A DNA stretch of 64,000 nt from a virus, in the IMG/VR virus record IMGVR_UViG_3300042453_002354, positions 92,878 through 156,877 of that record. One strand, written 5' to 3'. Below are positions 38,893-47,286 of the stretch, one piece after another. The notes beneath the pieces were generated by a model. That model did not search any database, was not told where the DNA came from, and saw nothing but the letters and a program-made list of their open reading frames with translations. The translations under genes and the position numbers were made by a program. Every line of letters begins with the position of its first letter. Positions within the stretch are counted from its first letter, which is position 1.

Positions 38893-39171
38893 CTATTCAA
38901 AATAATAGTCATTTTCCGGTCTAATATAGTATTCACTATTCAGATTAACAACTTCTTTCCTTTGTATCATGGATAAAAAATTGTATTTTGTTATTCTTCT
39001 ATTATTAGTATAGATCTCTGCCACACAATTATCAAGAAAAAACTCCCAGTCTTTTACATTTTTGTGCACAAAAGGTTTATTCGATTTTGGATAATCGCCA
39101 AAAACTCGTATAACAAACGATAAGCTATTGGAATTATTTGATACTATTATTTCAGTTGTAACCATTTTCAT
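38893..39171 (-). CDS. Hypothetical protein
   Basis: ORF in operon. Confidence 0.45.
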   Translation of the reverse strand: MKMVTTEIIVSNNSNSLSFVIRVFGDYPKSNKPFVHKNVKDWEFFLDNCVAEIYTNNRRITKYNFLSMIQRKEVVNLNSEYYIRPENDYYFE

Positions 39172-39176
39172 TCGTT

Positions 39177-40448
39177 TTACAAACTTTTGGACAATATCTC
39201 AATAAGTAAATCAACCTCTTCCTTTGAGAATGTCAAAGATGGTCTAAGTCTTACTGAATTAAGACCACATCCTAGCAGAAATAATCCGTTTTGTCTACAT
39301 CTTTTTATTAGTGCATCACGTTCTCTTAAATGGTCAAAGGCACACATTAAACCTTTTCCTCTAGGATTTGAAACACCAAGATCAGTCAACTTCTTCAATA
39401 GATAGTCACCAACAACTTTGGCATTTTCAACTAGATTATCTTCTTTTATTATTTCTAGGTATCTCTGAGAGCGAACCATATCGACTAAATTTCCACCCCA
39501 AGTGGAATTGATTCTAGATTTTTCTACAAAAACATTATCTTTAACTTCCTGTACTCTAGGTCCGCTTAGTATACCACACACTTGCATTTTTTTGCCAAAA
39601 CAGATAATATCTGGTACAACCAAATAATGCTGATGGGCCCAAGTTTTACCAGTTAATCCTAAACCAGTTTGAACCTCATCGTATATCAATAGCATATCGA
39701 ATTTATCTGCCAATGCACGAAGATCCTCGTGAAAATTTCCACTGAAATGATTGTCGCCACCTTCGCCTTGTATTGGTTCAATTATGATTGCTGCACAAGT
39801 ATCCTTTAATTTTTCTATTGTTTCCAGTGCAACGTTATAAAAATTACAATCAAGACTCAATTGCTGTTCTGGTGAATTAGACTGGTGTAATACTGGTGCT
39901 TCAAGTCTAGGCCAATCTGGAAATTTTGGAAATAGTTCATACTTTCTAGGATCATTTGTATTAGTTAAGCTGAGGCTGTAGCCAGAGCGACCATGAAATG
40001 AGTTTTTAAAATGCACGATCTTCAATTCGTTTGGATCGACATTCACTCCCTTTTCTTTAAGTCTCCTATATTTCCAGTCAAAGGCAACCTTCAATGCGTT
40101 CTCTACCGCTAGTGTGCCTCCGGCGATGAAAAAGGAATGAGTAAGATATGGTGGCACTGCCACATCAAAAAATGTTTCAACAAATTCCACAAACTCTTCG
40201 GTGAGAATATCAGAGTTTGACGGATTTGTCCTAGCACACCTCAATAGTTTTTCACTAAATCGTTCATCGAACATTTTAGGATGATTGTGTCCTATGGGGT
40301 TGCTGGCAATAAAGCTAAATGCATCAAGATATTCTTTGCCTGTGTTCTTATCTACAAGAAAATTGCCGTGGCTCTTGTCAATATCAAAGACAGTATCAAA
40401 ATGATCTAACAGTATAAACTTTGAAATTCTTTCGTGAAGGTCGGACAT
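39177..40448 (-). CDS. lat: L-lysine 6-transaminase (class III PLP aminotransferase)
   Basis: PSNSDI, FFI.GG.LAVENALK.AFDWK, FHGRSGY.LSLTNT.DPRK, EPIQGEGGDNHF, DEVQTG, FGKK.QVCG (PLP lysine), SRINSTWGGNLVDMVR. Confidence 0.9.
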   Translation of the reverse strand: MSDLHERISKFILLDHFDTVFDIDKSHGNFLVDKNTGKEYLDAFSFIASNPIGHNHPKMFDERFSEKLLRCARTNPSNSDILTEEFVEFVETFFDVAVPPYLTHSFFIAGGTLAVENALKVAFDWKYRRLKEKGVNVDPNELKIVHFKNSFHGRSGYSLSLTNTNDPRKYELFPKFPDWPRLEAPVLHQSNSPEQQLSLDCNFYNVALETIEKLKDTCAAIIIEPIQGEGGDNHFSGNFHEDLRALADKFDMLLIYDEVQTGLGLTGKTWAHQHYLVVPDIICFGKKMQVCGILSGPRVQEVKDNVFVEKSRINSTWGGNLVDMVRSQRYLEIIKEDNLVENAKVVGDYLLKKLTDLGVSNPRGKGLMCAFDHLRERDALIKRCRQNGLFLLGCGLNSVRLRPSLTFSKEEVDLLIEILSKSL

Positions 40449-40450
40449 GA

Positions 40451-40648
40451 TTACCTCTTTCTAAGTAACAGAACAACTAACAACAAAGACACCGCAAAAC
40501 TAACACTAATACCTGAATACAACTTGACTCTATTATAGCTAGGCACAAGTTCATAGACAGCGTGACCTGCAATAACAGATCCCACACAAAGAAGAAAACA
40601 AAAAAACAGATTTAAAAAAAACTTCACAAAAGACAATAACTTTGACAT
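40451..40648 (-). CDS. Small two-TM membrane protein
   Basis: Two hydrophobic segments, basic C-terminus, GAGGA RBS. Confidence 0.55.
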   Translation of the reverse strand: MSKLLSFVKFFLNLFFCFLLCVGSVIAGHAVYELVPSYNRVKLYSGISVSFAVSLLLVVLLLRKR

Positions 40649-40672
40649 ATTTCCTCACAATTCATACAAGGT

Positions 40673-41113
40673 TCATTTCTTTGAAGAACGAAATCCCGAA
40701 ACAAAGGCCCACTTCACCCAATCACTAAGCATTCTGGTTCTATCTACAGAATCTTCTAGTTTGCAAGTGGAGCGAAACCATTCAGATCTGGTAGAGTACT
40801 CACCATATAAATCATTAAACCACTCGTCAAATTTCTGTAAGGCGAGTTTTTCTTCATCAATCGATTGTTCCTCCTTACTATCATTACTATCACGTTCCTC
40901 ATTCATAGACTCCCACCTCTCTTCACACTGTTGCTCTATGTTCACGCCCAGCATCAAACTGGCATAAGAAATTAAATCATCAGGTGTATGAATTTGAAGT
41001 CCATAGTTAGGATACACATCAATCAGAATCTCTCTAACTCGACTCTTAGTGCATCCAAATTGAACCCTTAGCAATTGAATCCATTTACAATCAACATAAG
41101 AAAGTACCATCAC
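40673..41113 (-). CDS. Hypothetical protein
   Basis: 146 aa; its 5' part is duplicated at 41611-41712. Confidence 0.6.
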   Translation of the reverse strand: MMVLSYVDCKWIQLLRVQFGCTKSRVREILIDVYPNYGLQIHTPDDLISYASLMLGVNIEQQCEERWESMNEERDSNDSKEEQSIDEEKLALQKFDEWFNDLYGEYSTRSEWFRSTCKLEDSVDRTRMLSDWVKWAFVSGFRSSKK

Positions 41114-41610
41114 ACACCCTCAGACAAAGATTTCATTCTCTTCAAATCAAACACGGAAACTCTTGAGGTACCGTTTTCCGGCCCAAAGACGACAAGCATA
41201 AGCGGTTGAGGAAGACCATGTGGGGCATCTCCGAATTTGGGTCGACCGCATATAAACAAAACCTCTTCGGCTTTCATGCAATAGTCCCGAAACCATGTGG
41301 TATTTGTGCGGGCAGGTATAAGCATAACCACCCGACAACGCCCCGCATTTGACTCGTTATAAGCCTTTACAATCCAATCTTTAAGTTTACTCTTTCGACA
41401 ACCGTAAGGCGGATTTAACCAACATGAGCCATGCCATTCTTGCCTTAACCCATCTGCTTCTTCATCAAAAAACTTTTCACATTTGGTGTTTTCGGCATCT
41501 GCCGCAAGGTCTGTGGCAAAATGGTATCGAGCGTCCAATGCCCTAAAAAGGTCATTGGGAGTTGTCCACTCCTGCTTTGCGGAATCGAATTTGTTTTTGA
41601 ATACTGCCAT
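41110..41610 (-). CDS. Phage DNA N6-adenine methyltransferase (phage Dam-like family)
   Basis: EWTTP, F..DLAA, GL.Q.W, WLNPPY, VVMLIPART.T.WF, F..GR.KF. Confidence 0.88.
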   Translation of the reverse strand: MAVFKNKFDSAKQEWTTPNDLFRALDARYHFATDLAADAENTKCEKFFDEEADGLRQEWHGSCWLNPPYGCRKSKLKDWIVKAYNESNAGRCRVVMLIPARTNTTWFRDYCMKAEEVLFICGRPKFGDAPHGLPQPLMLVVFGPENGTSRVSVFDLKRMKSLSEGV

Positions 41611-41712
41611 ACTCCCACCTCTCTTCACACTGTTGCTCTATGTTCACGCCCAGCATCAAACTGGCATAAGAAATTAAATCCATTTACAATCAACATAAGA
41701 AAGTACCATCAC
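41611..41712 (-). pseudogene. Duplicated, internally deleted remnant of the 5' end of the 40673-41113 gene
   Basis: 41611-41680 identical to 40909-40978 (70 bp); 41677-41712 identical to 41078-41113 (36 bp); joined at AATC microhomology, reads MMVLSYVDCKWI*. Confidence 0.8.
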
Positions 41713-42077
41713 GCACTCCTAGACAAAGATTTTTCAGCAAGCCTCACAAAAAAATCATTCAAACTAATATTAACAGATTGAAACAAAGAATTCAAACTTT
41801 CTATTTGATCCAATTTAAGTTCCGCCAACACCACATTGTCCACTTTGAGAATTGCCACTGACTGAGACTCAAGATCGGTACTATTAGAAAGTGAAAACGT
41901 AAAGACAAAATTATTATTAAAACTAAAGTCTCTTACAAACCAAAACTCAATATAAGGATTACCATTTCCATCGTCATCGGGATTTCCATAAGAGAACCTA
42001 CGCTCCCATCCATGAGAAAAAGAAATTTTTGAACAAAGAGTAACATCACCTAATTCATTGATTAAGTTTAAATTCAT
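41709..42077 (-). CDS. Hypothetical protein
   Basis: 122 aa; AGGGA RBS. Confidence 0.55.
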   Translation of the reverse strand: MNLNLINELGDVTLCSKISFSHGWERRFSYGNPDDDGNGNPYIEFWFVRDFSFNNNFVFTFSLSNSTDLESQSVAILKVDNVVLAELKLDQIESLNSLFQSVNISLNDFFVRLAEKSLSRSA

Positions 42078-42153
42078 TTATAGAGTCCCTTACAGTAGTA
42101 GATAGTTTATAATAGTGATTGCCAGATCTAGGATTTTTTTTCCTCGCCAAATT

Positions 42154-42594
42154 CTATTCAACCACATCAAACTTCAAACACGCATCACACGTACCGGCAC
42201 CACACAAAAATGTGGCCACGCCAGCTCTGTGCAATGCGGCCAGCTCTTTCTTCAACTGTCTCGACTGTTCGCTTGTGATCTGAAACAATCCTCTATAGGC
42301 CACAAGATTGCCCTCGACACTACTAAGACAGTATACGAAATGCCTGTGTGCGAGATTTTGCAAGAATTTTTCCTTTGGTAGTAGATTCTTAATAGACTCC
42401 CGATGAGCATTTTGTCTTAGCTTAATGCCATGCTTATCCACTATGGCATTCAATTTTCTACGCACCTTCTTTAGTCTACGAATATGAAGAACGGTTTGTT
42501 GCTGTGTTTTCTTTCTCTTCAATAGTTCTTCCTGTAGTATTCGTCGCCGTCGATGGAATTCTTCTTCGGCCTTCTGCATTTGTTTACAATTCAT
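42154..42594 (-). CDS. Hypothetical basic protein with C-terminal Cys cluster
   Basis: Behind promoter at 42625-42653 and GGGAG RBS; C..G.C..C motif. Confidence 0.55.
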   Translation of the reverse strand: MNCKQMQKAEEEFHRRRRILQEELLKRKKTQQQTVLHIRRLKKVRRKLNAIVDKHGIKLRQNAHRESIKNLLPKEKFLQNLAHRHFVYCLSSVEGNLVAYRGLFQITSEQSRQLKKELAALHRAGVATFLCGAGTCDACLKFDVVE

Positions 42595-42624
42595 ATGGAC
42601 TCCCTTGTTTGTGATTGTTGTTGA

Positions 42625-42653
42625 ATAATAACATAGTAAAGGATAGTAGTCAA
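42625..42653 (-). promoter_or_regulatory. sigma70-type promoter TTGACT-N17-TATTAT
   Basis: 17-nt spacer, TG extension. Confidence 0.55.
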
Positions 42654-42672
42654 CTATGTAAGTGAACTGTTT

Positions 42673-43059
42673 CTATTTTTGAAACAGTTCGTTTAAGCTA
42701 TTCAGCATCCAATAGTGCCAAGTATCGACCTCGTAATTATGCTGTACTCCTTGGTCGTTTACAATAAAAAACTTTGCTTCGATGTCTTTATATGGCAAGA
42801 ATTGTGCGTTTAGTGTGTTATTTAAGTGTGTACGAATACGCTCGGCCACACGCTTGGCCGCTTCACCATACGTGTCATTACAGAATGCATCACGATTGTA
42901 TTGTATGCCAGATGGTTTTAGCGTTATCAGTACGGCGTTGTTACTCTCGTCCATAATGTCCAGTCTTGGTTCATCGGGCGTTACTATTTTAATGTCGTCT
43001 TCTGTGAACCATTTTGCTATAGAGCCGTACTGTGCGGCAACGTCGAATAAGTCTGTCAT
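42673..43059 (-). CDS. Hypothetical protein
   Basis: AAGGAG RBS; 128 aa. Confidence 0.6.
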   Translation of the reverse strand: MTDLFDVAAQYGSIAKWFTEDDIKIVTPDEPRLDIMDESNNAVLITLKPSGIQYNRDAFCNDTYGEAAKRVAERIRTHLNNTLNAQFLPYKDIEAKFFIVNDQGVQHNYEVDTWHYWMLNSLNELFQK

Positions 43060-43083
43060 TTTAGTCTATCTCCTTTGAATAAG

Positions 43084-43263
43084 TTATTTTGGTTGTGGCG
43101 GTTCAGGTGGCCGTGGTGGTTCCATTTTGTTTGGTTGTGGTGTACTGTGGGGCACTATGTAAATGATTTGTATGTCCACGCTTGGTTTTGTTGTTGGTGT
43201 TGGTGTGACTGTGGTCGTGGGGGTCGGGGCCACTATTAGTAGTAATGATAAAAATTCTAACAT
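43084..43263 (-). CDS. Small Pro/Thr-rich protein with hydrophobic N-terminus
   Basis: MLEFLSLLLIVAPTPTTTVTPTPTTKP...PPRPPEPPQPK. Confidence 0.45.
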   Translation of the reverse strand: MLEFLSLLLIVAPTPTTTVTPTPTTKPSVDIQIIYIVPHSTPQPNKMEPPRPPEPPQPK

Positions 43264-43382
43264 GGTGAAAAAATTTTGCTGAAAAAAAATTAACATGAGT
43301 GGTTTTTCTGTTAAATAGTCTCGCACGTTTTCGAGGCCCTCCGCAACAAAAAGCCACCTGAAACACGATCACTTTTTTTATA

Positions 43383-43874
43383 TTATTGGCTTTCTCTTTG
43401 TTCCACTTCTTCCATTCTTCTCCATAATCTCTTTATCATATCCTCATCATTCTTAAACACAACCAGCCACATTGCCCAATTCTTGCGGCCCATAGCGGTA
43501 TCCACTATTTGATCACGCATTTCAACGGAATCACTACGGTTCAACCTAGTTTTCGCCAATTTTACTTTGGCCCATTCTGTTTTTATTTTTTTCTTATTTT
43601 CTTCATTCAAATACTCATCAGGCACACTATTAGCACCGGCCCACACTAAGTGATTTTCATAATCAAATATCTGTACCAAAGTGTATATAGATGAAGCAAA
43701 AGAAAAATGCGGCTCCTTCCACACTCCTTTACTGAGTAATCGTTTGCCAAAGTTTATTACCTTTTCCTTTTCCTCATATAGTGGATAGGAATGCGAATCC
43801 TCTACTCCTTTGAATTTTCCCTCTACGTACACCATGGTGGACTTTATGGTGTGCCATTCCTTATTGTTTATCAT
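43383..43874 (-). CDS. Hypothetical protein
   Basis: 163 aa; GGAGG RBS. Confidence 0.6.
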   Translation of the reverse strand: MINNKEWHTIKSTMVYVEGKFKGVEDSHSYPLYEEKEKVINFGKRLLSKGVWKEPHFSFASSIYTLVQIFDYENHLVWAGANSVPDEYLNEENKKKIKTEWAKVKLAKTRLNRSDSVEMRDQIVDTAMGRKNWAMWLVVFKNDEDMIKRLWRRMEEVEQRESQ

Positions 43875-44124
43875 AGGCCTCCACTCTTACGGATAGAAAG
43901 TCTTTAACGAATTTGGTTGTTACGGCAGTTACTAGTGAGCATTCTTTTCTGGCCTCTTGGAATTTTTCAAAGGCCTCTCCTATTATTCTTTTTTGTGCTG
44001 GACCTAGTTCTGATAGTTCTTGATCGGTGTATATTACTTTCACGGATGGAAGTGATTGTTTTTCATCGGATAATTGTTCGGTGAATTGATCAATTATCTG
44101 TATGGTAAATTTAAATGATTCCAT
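43861..44124 (-). CDS. Hypothetical protein
   Basis: AGGAGG RBS. Confidence 0.55.
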   Translation of the reverse strand: MESFKFTIQIIDQFTEQLSDEKQSLPSVKVIYTDQELSELGPAQKRIIGEAFEKFQEARKECSLVTAVTTKFVKDFLSVRVEAYDKQ

Positions 44125-44133
44125 GGCGGCCTC

Positions 44134-44367
44134 CTATTTTTTAATAATAATATATTTCACTTTATGGTTAGTCAAAAGGTTTTTGTTGTCTTCTTCTGAT
44201 ACTCTTGCTCTATAGTCTGATCGCTTCTCCTGCATGGCGTTATTGTATCGTGTAATTAGTCTAGGAATCATTTCTTGATCTAGTAATATTTTACCGCTTA
44301 CGTGTAAACTAAATTCGTTTGCCGTGAATCGTTTTATCGTTTGTTTTCCTTCGTATATTTCGATCAT
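44134..44367 (-). CDS. Hypothetical protein
   Basis: GAGGA RBS. Confidence 0.55.
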   Translation of the reverse strand: MIEIYEGKQTIKRFTANEFSLHVSGKILLDQEMIPRLITRYNNAMQEKRSDYRARVSEEDNKNLLTNHKVKYIIIKK

Positions 44368-44380
44368 GGCGTTTCCTCAA

Positions 44381-44677
44381 CTATCTCAAATAGGATGGCC
44401 CGTATGGTGTAAGATATCTCATACCATTATGATCATCAAAGATGTTTCCTCTAGCGTGTTTTGCTGGTGCTGCCCAAGATGCTGGTTTTAGTATGTCGCC
44501 GTTTTCTTTGTCTATGAATGCCCAGGCGGAAGTGCCCACAACGATCTTTATGTATCGCTTGCCTTCGTTTTTCTTGATAGGTCTTATTTGATTGTATTTT
44601 TGATCATGTTCTTTTAGAAAATTTGTTACTAGTGCGAACCATGATTCAAATTTGTTTTGGAATTGTTCTTGTGTCAT
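44381..44677 (-). CDS. Conserved phage early protein
   Basis: KRYIKIV...SAWAFID..NGDILKPASW.APAKHARGNI pattern widespread in T4-like phages; start at MTQEQ after AAGGAG. Confidence 0.7.
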   Translation of the reverse strand: MTQEQFQNKFESWFALVTNFLKEHDQKYNQIRPIKKNEGKRYIKIVVGTSAWAFIDKENGDILKPASWAAPAKHARGNIFDDHNGMRYLTPYGPSYLR

Positions 44678-44690
44678 GGTATTATCTCCT

Positions 44691-44864
44691 TTAGTCTTCT
44701 GTCTCTTCTTCCTCTTCTTCTTCCTCAATAAATCCAGCACAATGCGCCAGGTCGGCTACATCACGTTCACTCATATACGAAAGACACTCTCTTGCTAGTG
44801 TTTCCCAGTCTAGTACACCTTGTTCACACAATTCGATCAATTCGGTTGTTGCTTCTCTTGCCAT
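44691..44864 (-). CDS. Small acidic protein (57 aa, not in ORF track)
   Basis: MAREATTELIELCEQGVLDWETLARECLSYMSERDVADLAHCAGFIEEEEEEEETED; first gene behind repeat copy 1 with AAAGGA RBS. Confidence 0.65.
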   Translation of the reverse strand: MAREATTELIELCEQGVLDWETLARECLSYMSERDVADLAHCAGFIEEEEEEEETED

Positions 44865-44880
44865 ATCGATTTCCTTTATT

Positions 44881-44929
44881 TGATCACTATCTCTATTATT
44901 AGTATCTCAAATTTGGCCCTCCATGTCAA
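44881..44929 (-). promoter_or_regulatory. Repeated early promoter/leader element, copy 1
   Basis: TTGACA-tggagggccaaatttga-GATACT-aataatagagatagtgatca. Confidence 0.85.
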
Positions 44930-44991
44930 TGGTTTTTTGGTTATTTTATTTGTCAATTGTGAGTTTACAAATCGTGAATAATTTAAACCAC

Positions 44992-45186
44992 TTACAATCT
45001 ATAAATTTTGTCGTTTAATCTTACGGTACTTAAAACAAGGTCAACGGTTAGTATATCCTTGGCCGATGTTGAGAATACGTGATCGCCACCATGGCGGCCA
45101 AGGTATGTAACTTCCTTCGGTTTGTCAATGATACCTAATTTTTTCAATAGAAGAATAGCGGTAAGTGTTGGTGAATACGCTTTCAT
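44992..45186 (-). CDS. Hypothetical protein
   Basis: AGGA RBS. Confidence 0.5.
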   Translation of the reverse strand: MKAYSPTLTAILLLKKLGIIDKPKEVTYLGRHGGDHVFSTSAKDILTVDLVLSTVRLNDKIYRL

Positions 45187-45207
45187 GATATATCCTATAG
45201 TACTTCA

Positions 45208-45807
45208 TTAAAATTTTTCATTAAAATGAGATTCCCATATACTGTTAAGGTGTGATTCTGATACTATCACACACTCACTCAAGAGAGGCAACCATATATT
45301 AGTGGCCTTGTATGAATCGGCCGTCACTCTGTAACGCTTACCATCGGCCGTTCCCACAATTGTTATAGAGGAATCAAAGGGATCACGTGTAGCAAAAACA
45401 ATTAGATCAGGCGATTTATTTCTTCGCATAGATTCTTCCAGTTTTTGCATTTCATGTTTCCGATATTCTTCGGGATCTGGTTCATACTGCAATTCTATCA
45501 AATAATCAGGATACCATCTAGATAACTTCTTGATTAGATCGGTTTCTGATAGTGGCGATACTAACAATTTTTTGGATTTTGGTACTTCAAAGAATATGAT
45601 GTATGCGGCACAATCTTCCTCATAAGCTAGATGATTGAGCCCCCAGTTTCCGCCACGCTTAATTGCCGATCTAGTGAGATGTTTTTCTGCGTATTTTCTC
45701 GTGACTAGGAATCCACCATGGCCGGCCGTGCTATGAAAGGTCACTCCTCTTTCAATGATTGTTGATTGTTGTGATTTTCCCCAAGGCGTTTGTGTTGACA
45801 TAATCAT
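45208..45807 (-). CDS. DUF7007-like hypothetical protein
   Basis: TPWG..Q, STAGHGG, YEEDC motifs; behind repeat copy 2. Confidence 0.6.
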   Translation of the reverse strand: MIMSTQTPWGKSQQSTIIERGVTFHSTAGHGGFLVTRKYAEKHLTRSAIKRGGNWGLNHLAYEEDCAAYIIFFEVPKSKKLLVSPLSETDLIKKLSRWYPDYLIELQYEPDPEEYRKHEMQKLEESMRRNKSPDLIVFATRDPFDSSITIVGTADGKRYRVTADSYKATNIWLPLLSECVIVSESHLNSIWESHFNEKF

Positions 45808-45817
45808 TTCCTTTATT

Positions 45818-45866
45818 TGATCACTATCTCTATTATTAGTATCTCAAATTTGGCCCTCCATGTCAA
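45818..45866 (-). promoter_or_regulatory. Repeated early promoter/leader element, copy 2
   Basis: Identical to copy 1 over the element. Confidence 0.85.
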
Positions 45867-45979
45867 TACTTTTTGACAAAAAATTGGCGTTTTATTGAAA
45901 AAAAAAGGTGAACAATATCACTAGGATACTGTTCACCAAAACCGGCGACCTGCGCCTAGTGATTTACAACCTTGTTAGT

Positions 45980-46378
45980 TTAACCCTTTCTTTTAAATGG
46001 TACTTTCGCTATTCTCTCAAGGTTATAAACTCCTCTTTTCTGCCCTGTAGTATTTTCGGCACCTGTAACATAACACTCGGTAGCATTAAAGATGAAGGCG
46101 AACGAATTCCAAGGCCTACCACTATCGGGATCAACGAGAGATTTTAGTTCTTGTCTCGTTACAACTACACGGCCAAAGGTATCCACAATTTCTTGCAAGA
46201 ATGCGACTTTTTCGCTGTTTGTTCTGCTATTGTAAATACGCTTCTTTTTCTTGGTTCCCGACAAAACGCCCGTATTCGTAACTTTTGCGGAAACATCGGC
46301 CACAATAGTAGCTTCAGTAGTTTCGCCAAAATTCGTGTTTTCGGTAGTATTTGTCACATTTTCAGTAGTTATGCTCAT
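45980..46378 (-). CDS. Putative DNA-binding protein
   Basis: AGGAG RBS; T/E/N-rich N-terminus, basic patch, FG..VVTRQEL...KRGVYNL. Confidence 0.55.
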   Translation of the reverse strand: MSITTENVTNTTENTNFGETTEATIVADVSAKVTNTGVLSGTKKKKRIYNSRTNSEKVAFLQEIVDTFGRVVVTRQELKSLVDPDSGRPWNSFAFIFNATECYVTGAENTTGQKRGVYNLERIAKVPFKRKG

Positions 46379-46394
46379 AATATTATCTCCTATG

Positions 46395-46470
46395 TTTTTT
46401 CACACTTTTTCACACTTTTTTCGATTTTTTCACACTTTTTTGCGTTTTTTCTCGTTTTTCCTCATTTTTA
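46395..46470. repeat. Phased T/A-tract array (T5-6 every 9-11 bp; TTTTTCACAC x3)
   Basis: ttttttcacac tttttcacac ttttttcga ttttttcacac ttttttgcg ttttttctcg tttttcctca ttttt. Confidence 0.75.
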
Positions 46471-46701
46471 TTCATAAAGTTTTAGATCACGGCTATTCAA
46501 AAATTCATTCAATAATTGTCTAGCCTCGAACCAAATTTCATCTTCCGCTATTACTCTAGGTTCTGCAATGTATTTGTGATTAGCACGAAGTTTCTGATCA
46601 AGGTCCCATATCGCATCCTTCCATTTCTGTACGTCTGCCAGGTCTCTGGCAAACTGGTTAAACTCATTTTCATCCTCAAATGTTCGTGTAAATGTTATCA
46701 T
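46468..46701 (-). CDS. Hypothetical protein
   Basis: 77 aa; AIWDLDQ.LR...KY motif. Confidence 0.55.
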   Translation of the reverse strand: MITFTRTFEDENEFNQFARDLADVQKWKDAIWDLDQKLRANHKYIAEPRVIAEDEIWFEARQLLNEFLNSRDLKLYE

Positions 46702-46711
46702 AGCATTACCA

Positions 46712-46990
46712 TTAAAACGGATTATTCTCTAGTCTAAACGATCCATTACCTTCTGTCAATACTTTTGACACAATTGCCAAAAATTTATCGTGATCAATCT
46801 TTCTAAGAGTTAGTCCATGCTTTTTTGCGTATTTGTTGATATGTTTTGAAGTGGTTGTACTGTAAAACTGTTCACTAGCAACGGCGCCCTGGCCAGCTTC
46901 ATATACAACCACTGGCGTTTTATATGAAAACAGTATTGAAGCTGCACCAAAATTGAAAACTAGTTCGGTTGCGTTTGCCTTGCTCATAAT
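46712..46990 (-). CDS. Conserved phage hypothetical protein
   Basis: ILFSY.TPV, YSTTTSKHINK; AAGGAG RBS after half-copy of the repeat. Confidence 0.65.
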   Translation of the reverse strand: MMSKANATELVFNFGAASILFSYKTPVVVYEAGQGAVASEQFYSTTTSKHINKYAKKHGLTLRKIDHDKFLAIVSKVLTEGNGSFRLENNPF

Positions 46991-47006
46991 CATTCTCCTT
47001 ATATCA

Positions 47007-47023
47007 ATCACTATCTCTATTAT
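47007..47023 (-). repeat. Leader-only half copy of the repeated element
   Basis: ATAATAGAGATAGTGAT, its TAA is the stop of the upstream ORF. Confidence 0.65.
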
Positions 47024-47193
47024 CTGTCTTTCAATCTCTTAAACACATCAGCAGTAGCATCGAGAGTCTGAGAAAGAAACTCAAAGCACAATTCTTTGAA
47101 TTCTTCCATTTCTATATCGGTGTTTCGGCCTTCGGAAACGTTAGCGAAAAGAGTCCAGTAACGAGAAACCTTTTCTTCATCGAATCTTTCCAT
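47020..47193 (-). CDS. Hypothetical protein
   Basis: MERFDEEK after GGAGG; behind repeat copy 3. Confidence 0.55.
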   Translation of the reverse strand: MERFDEEKVSRYWTLFANVSEGRNTDIEMEEFKELCFEFLSQTLDATADVFKRLKDR

Positions 47194-47210
47194 ATCGCCT
47201 CCATCACTCA

Positions 47211-47257
47211 ATCACTCTCTCTATTATTAGTATCTCAAATTTGGCCATCCATGTCAA
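47211..47257 (-). promoter_or_regulatory. Repeated early promoter/leader element, copy 3
   Basis: TTGACA-N17-GATACT-aataatagagagagtgat. Confidence 0.85.
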
Positions 47258-47286
47258 TACTTTTTCGCCAAAATAATAAAAATATT

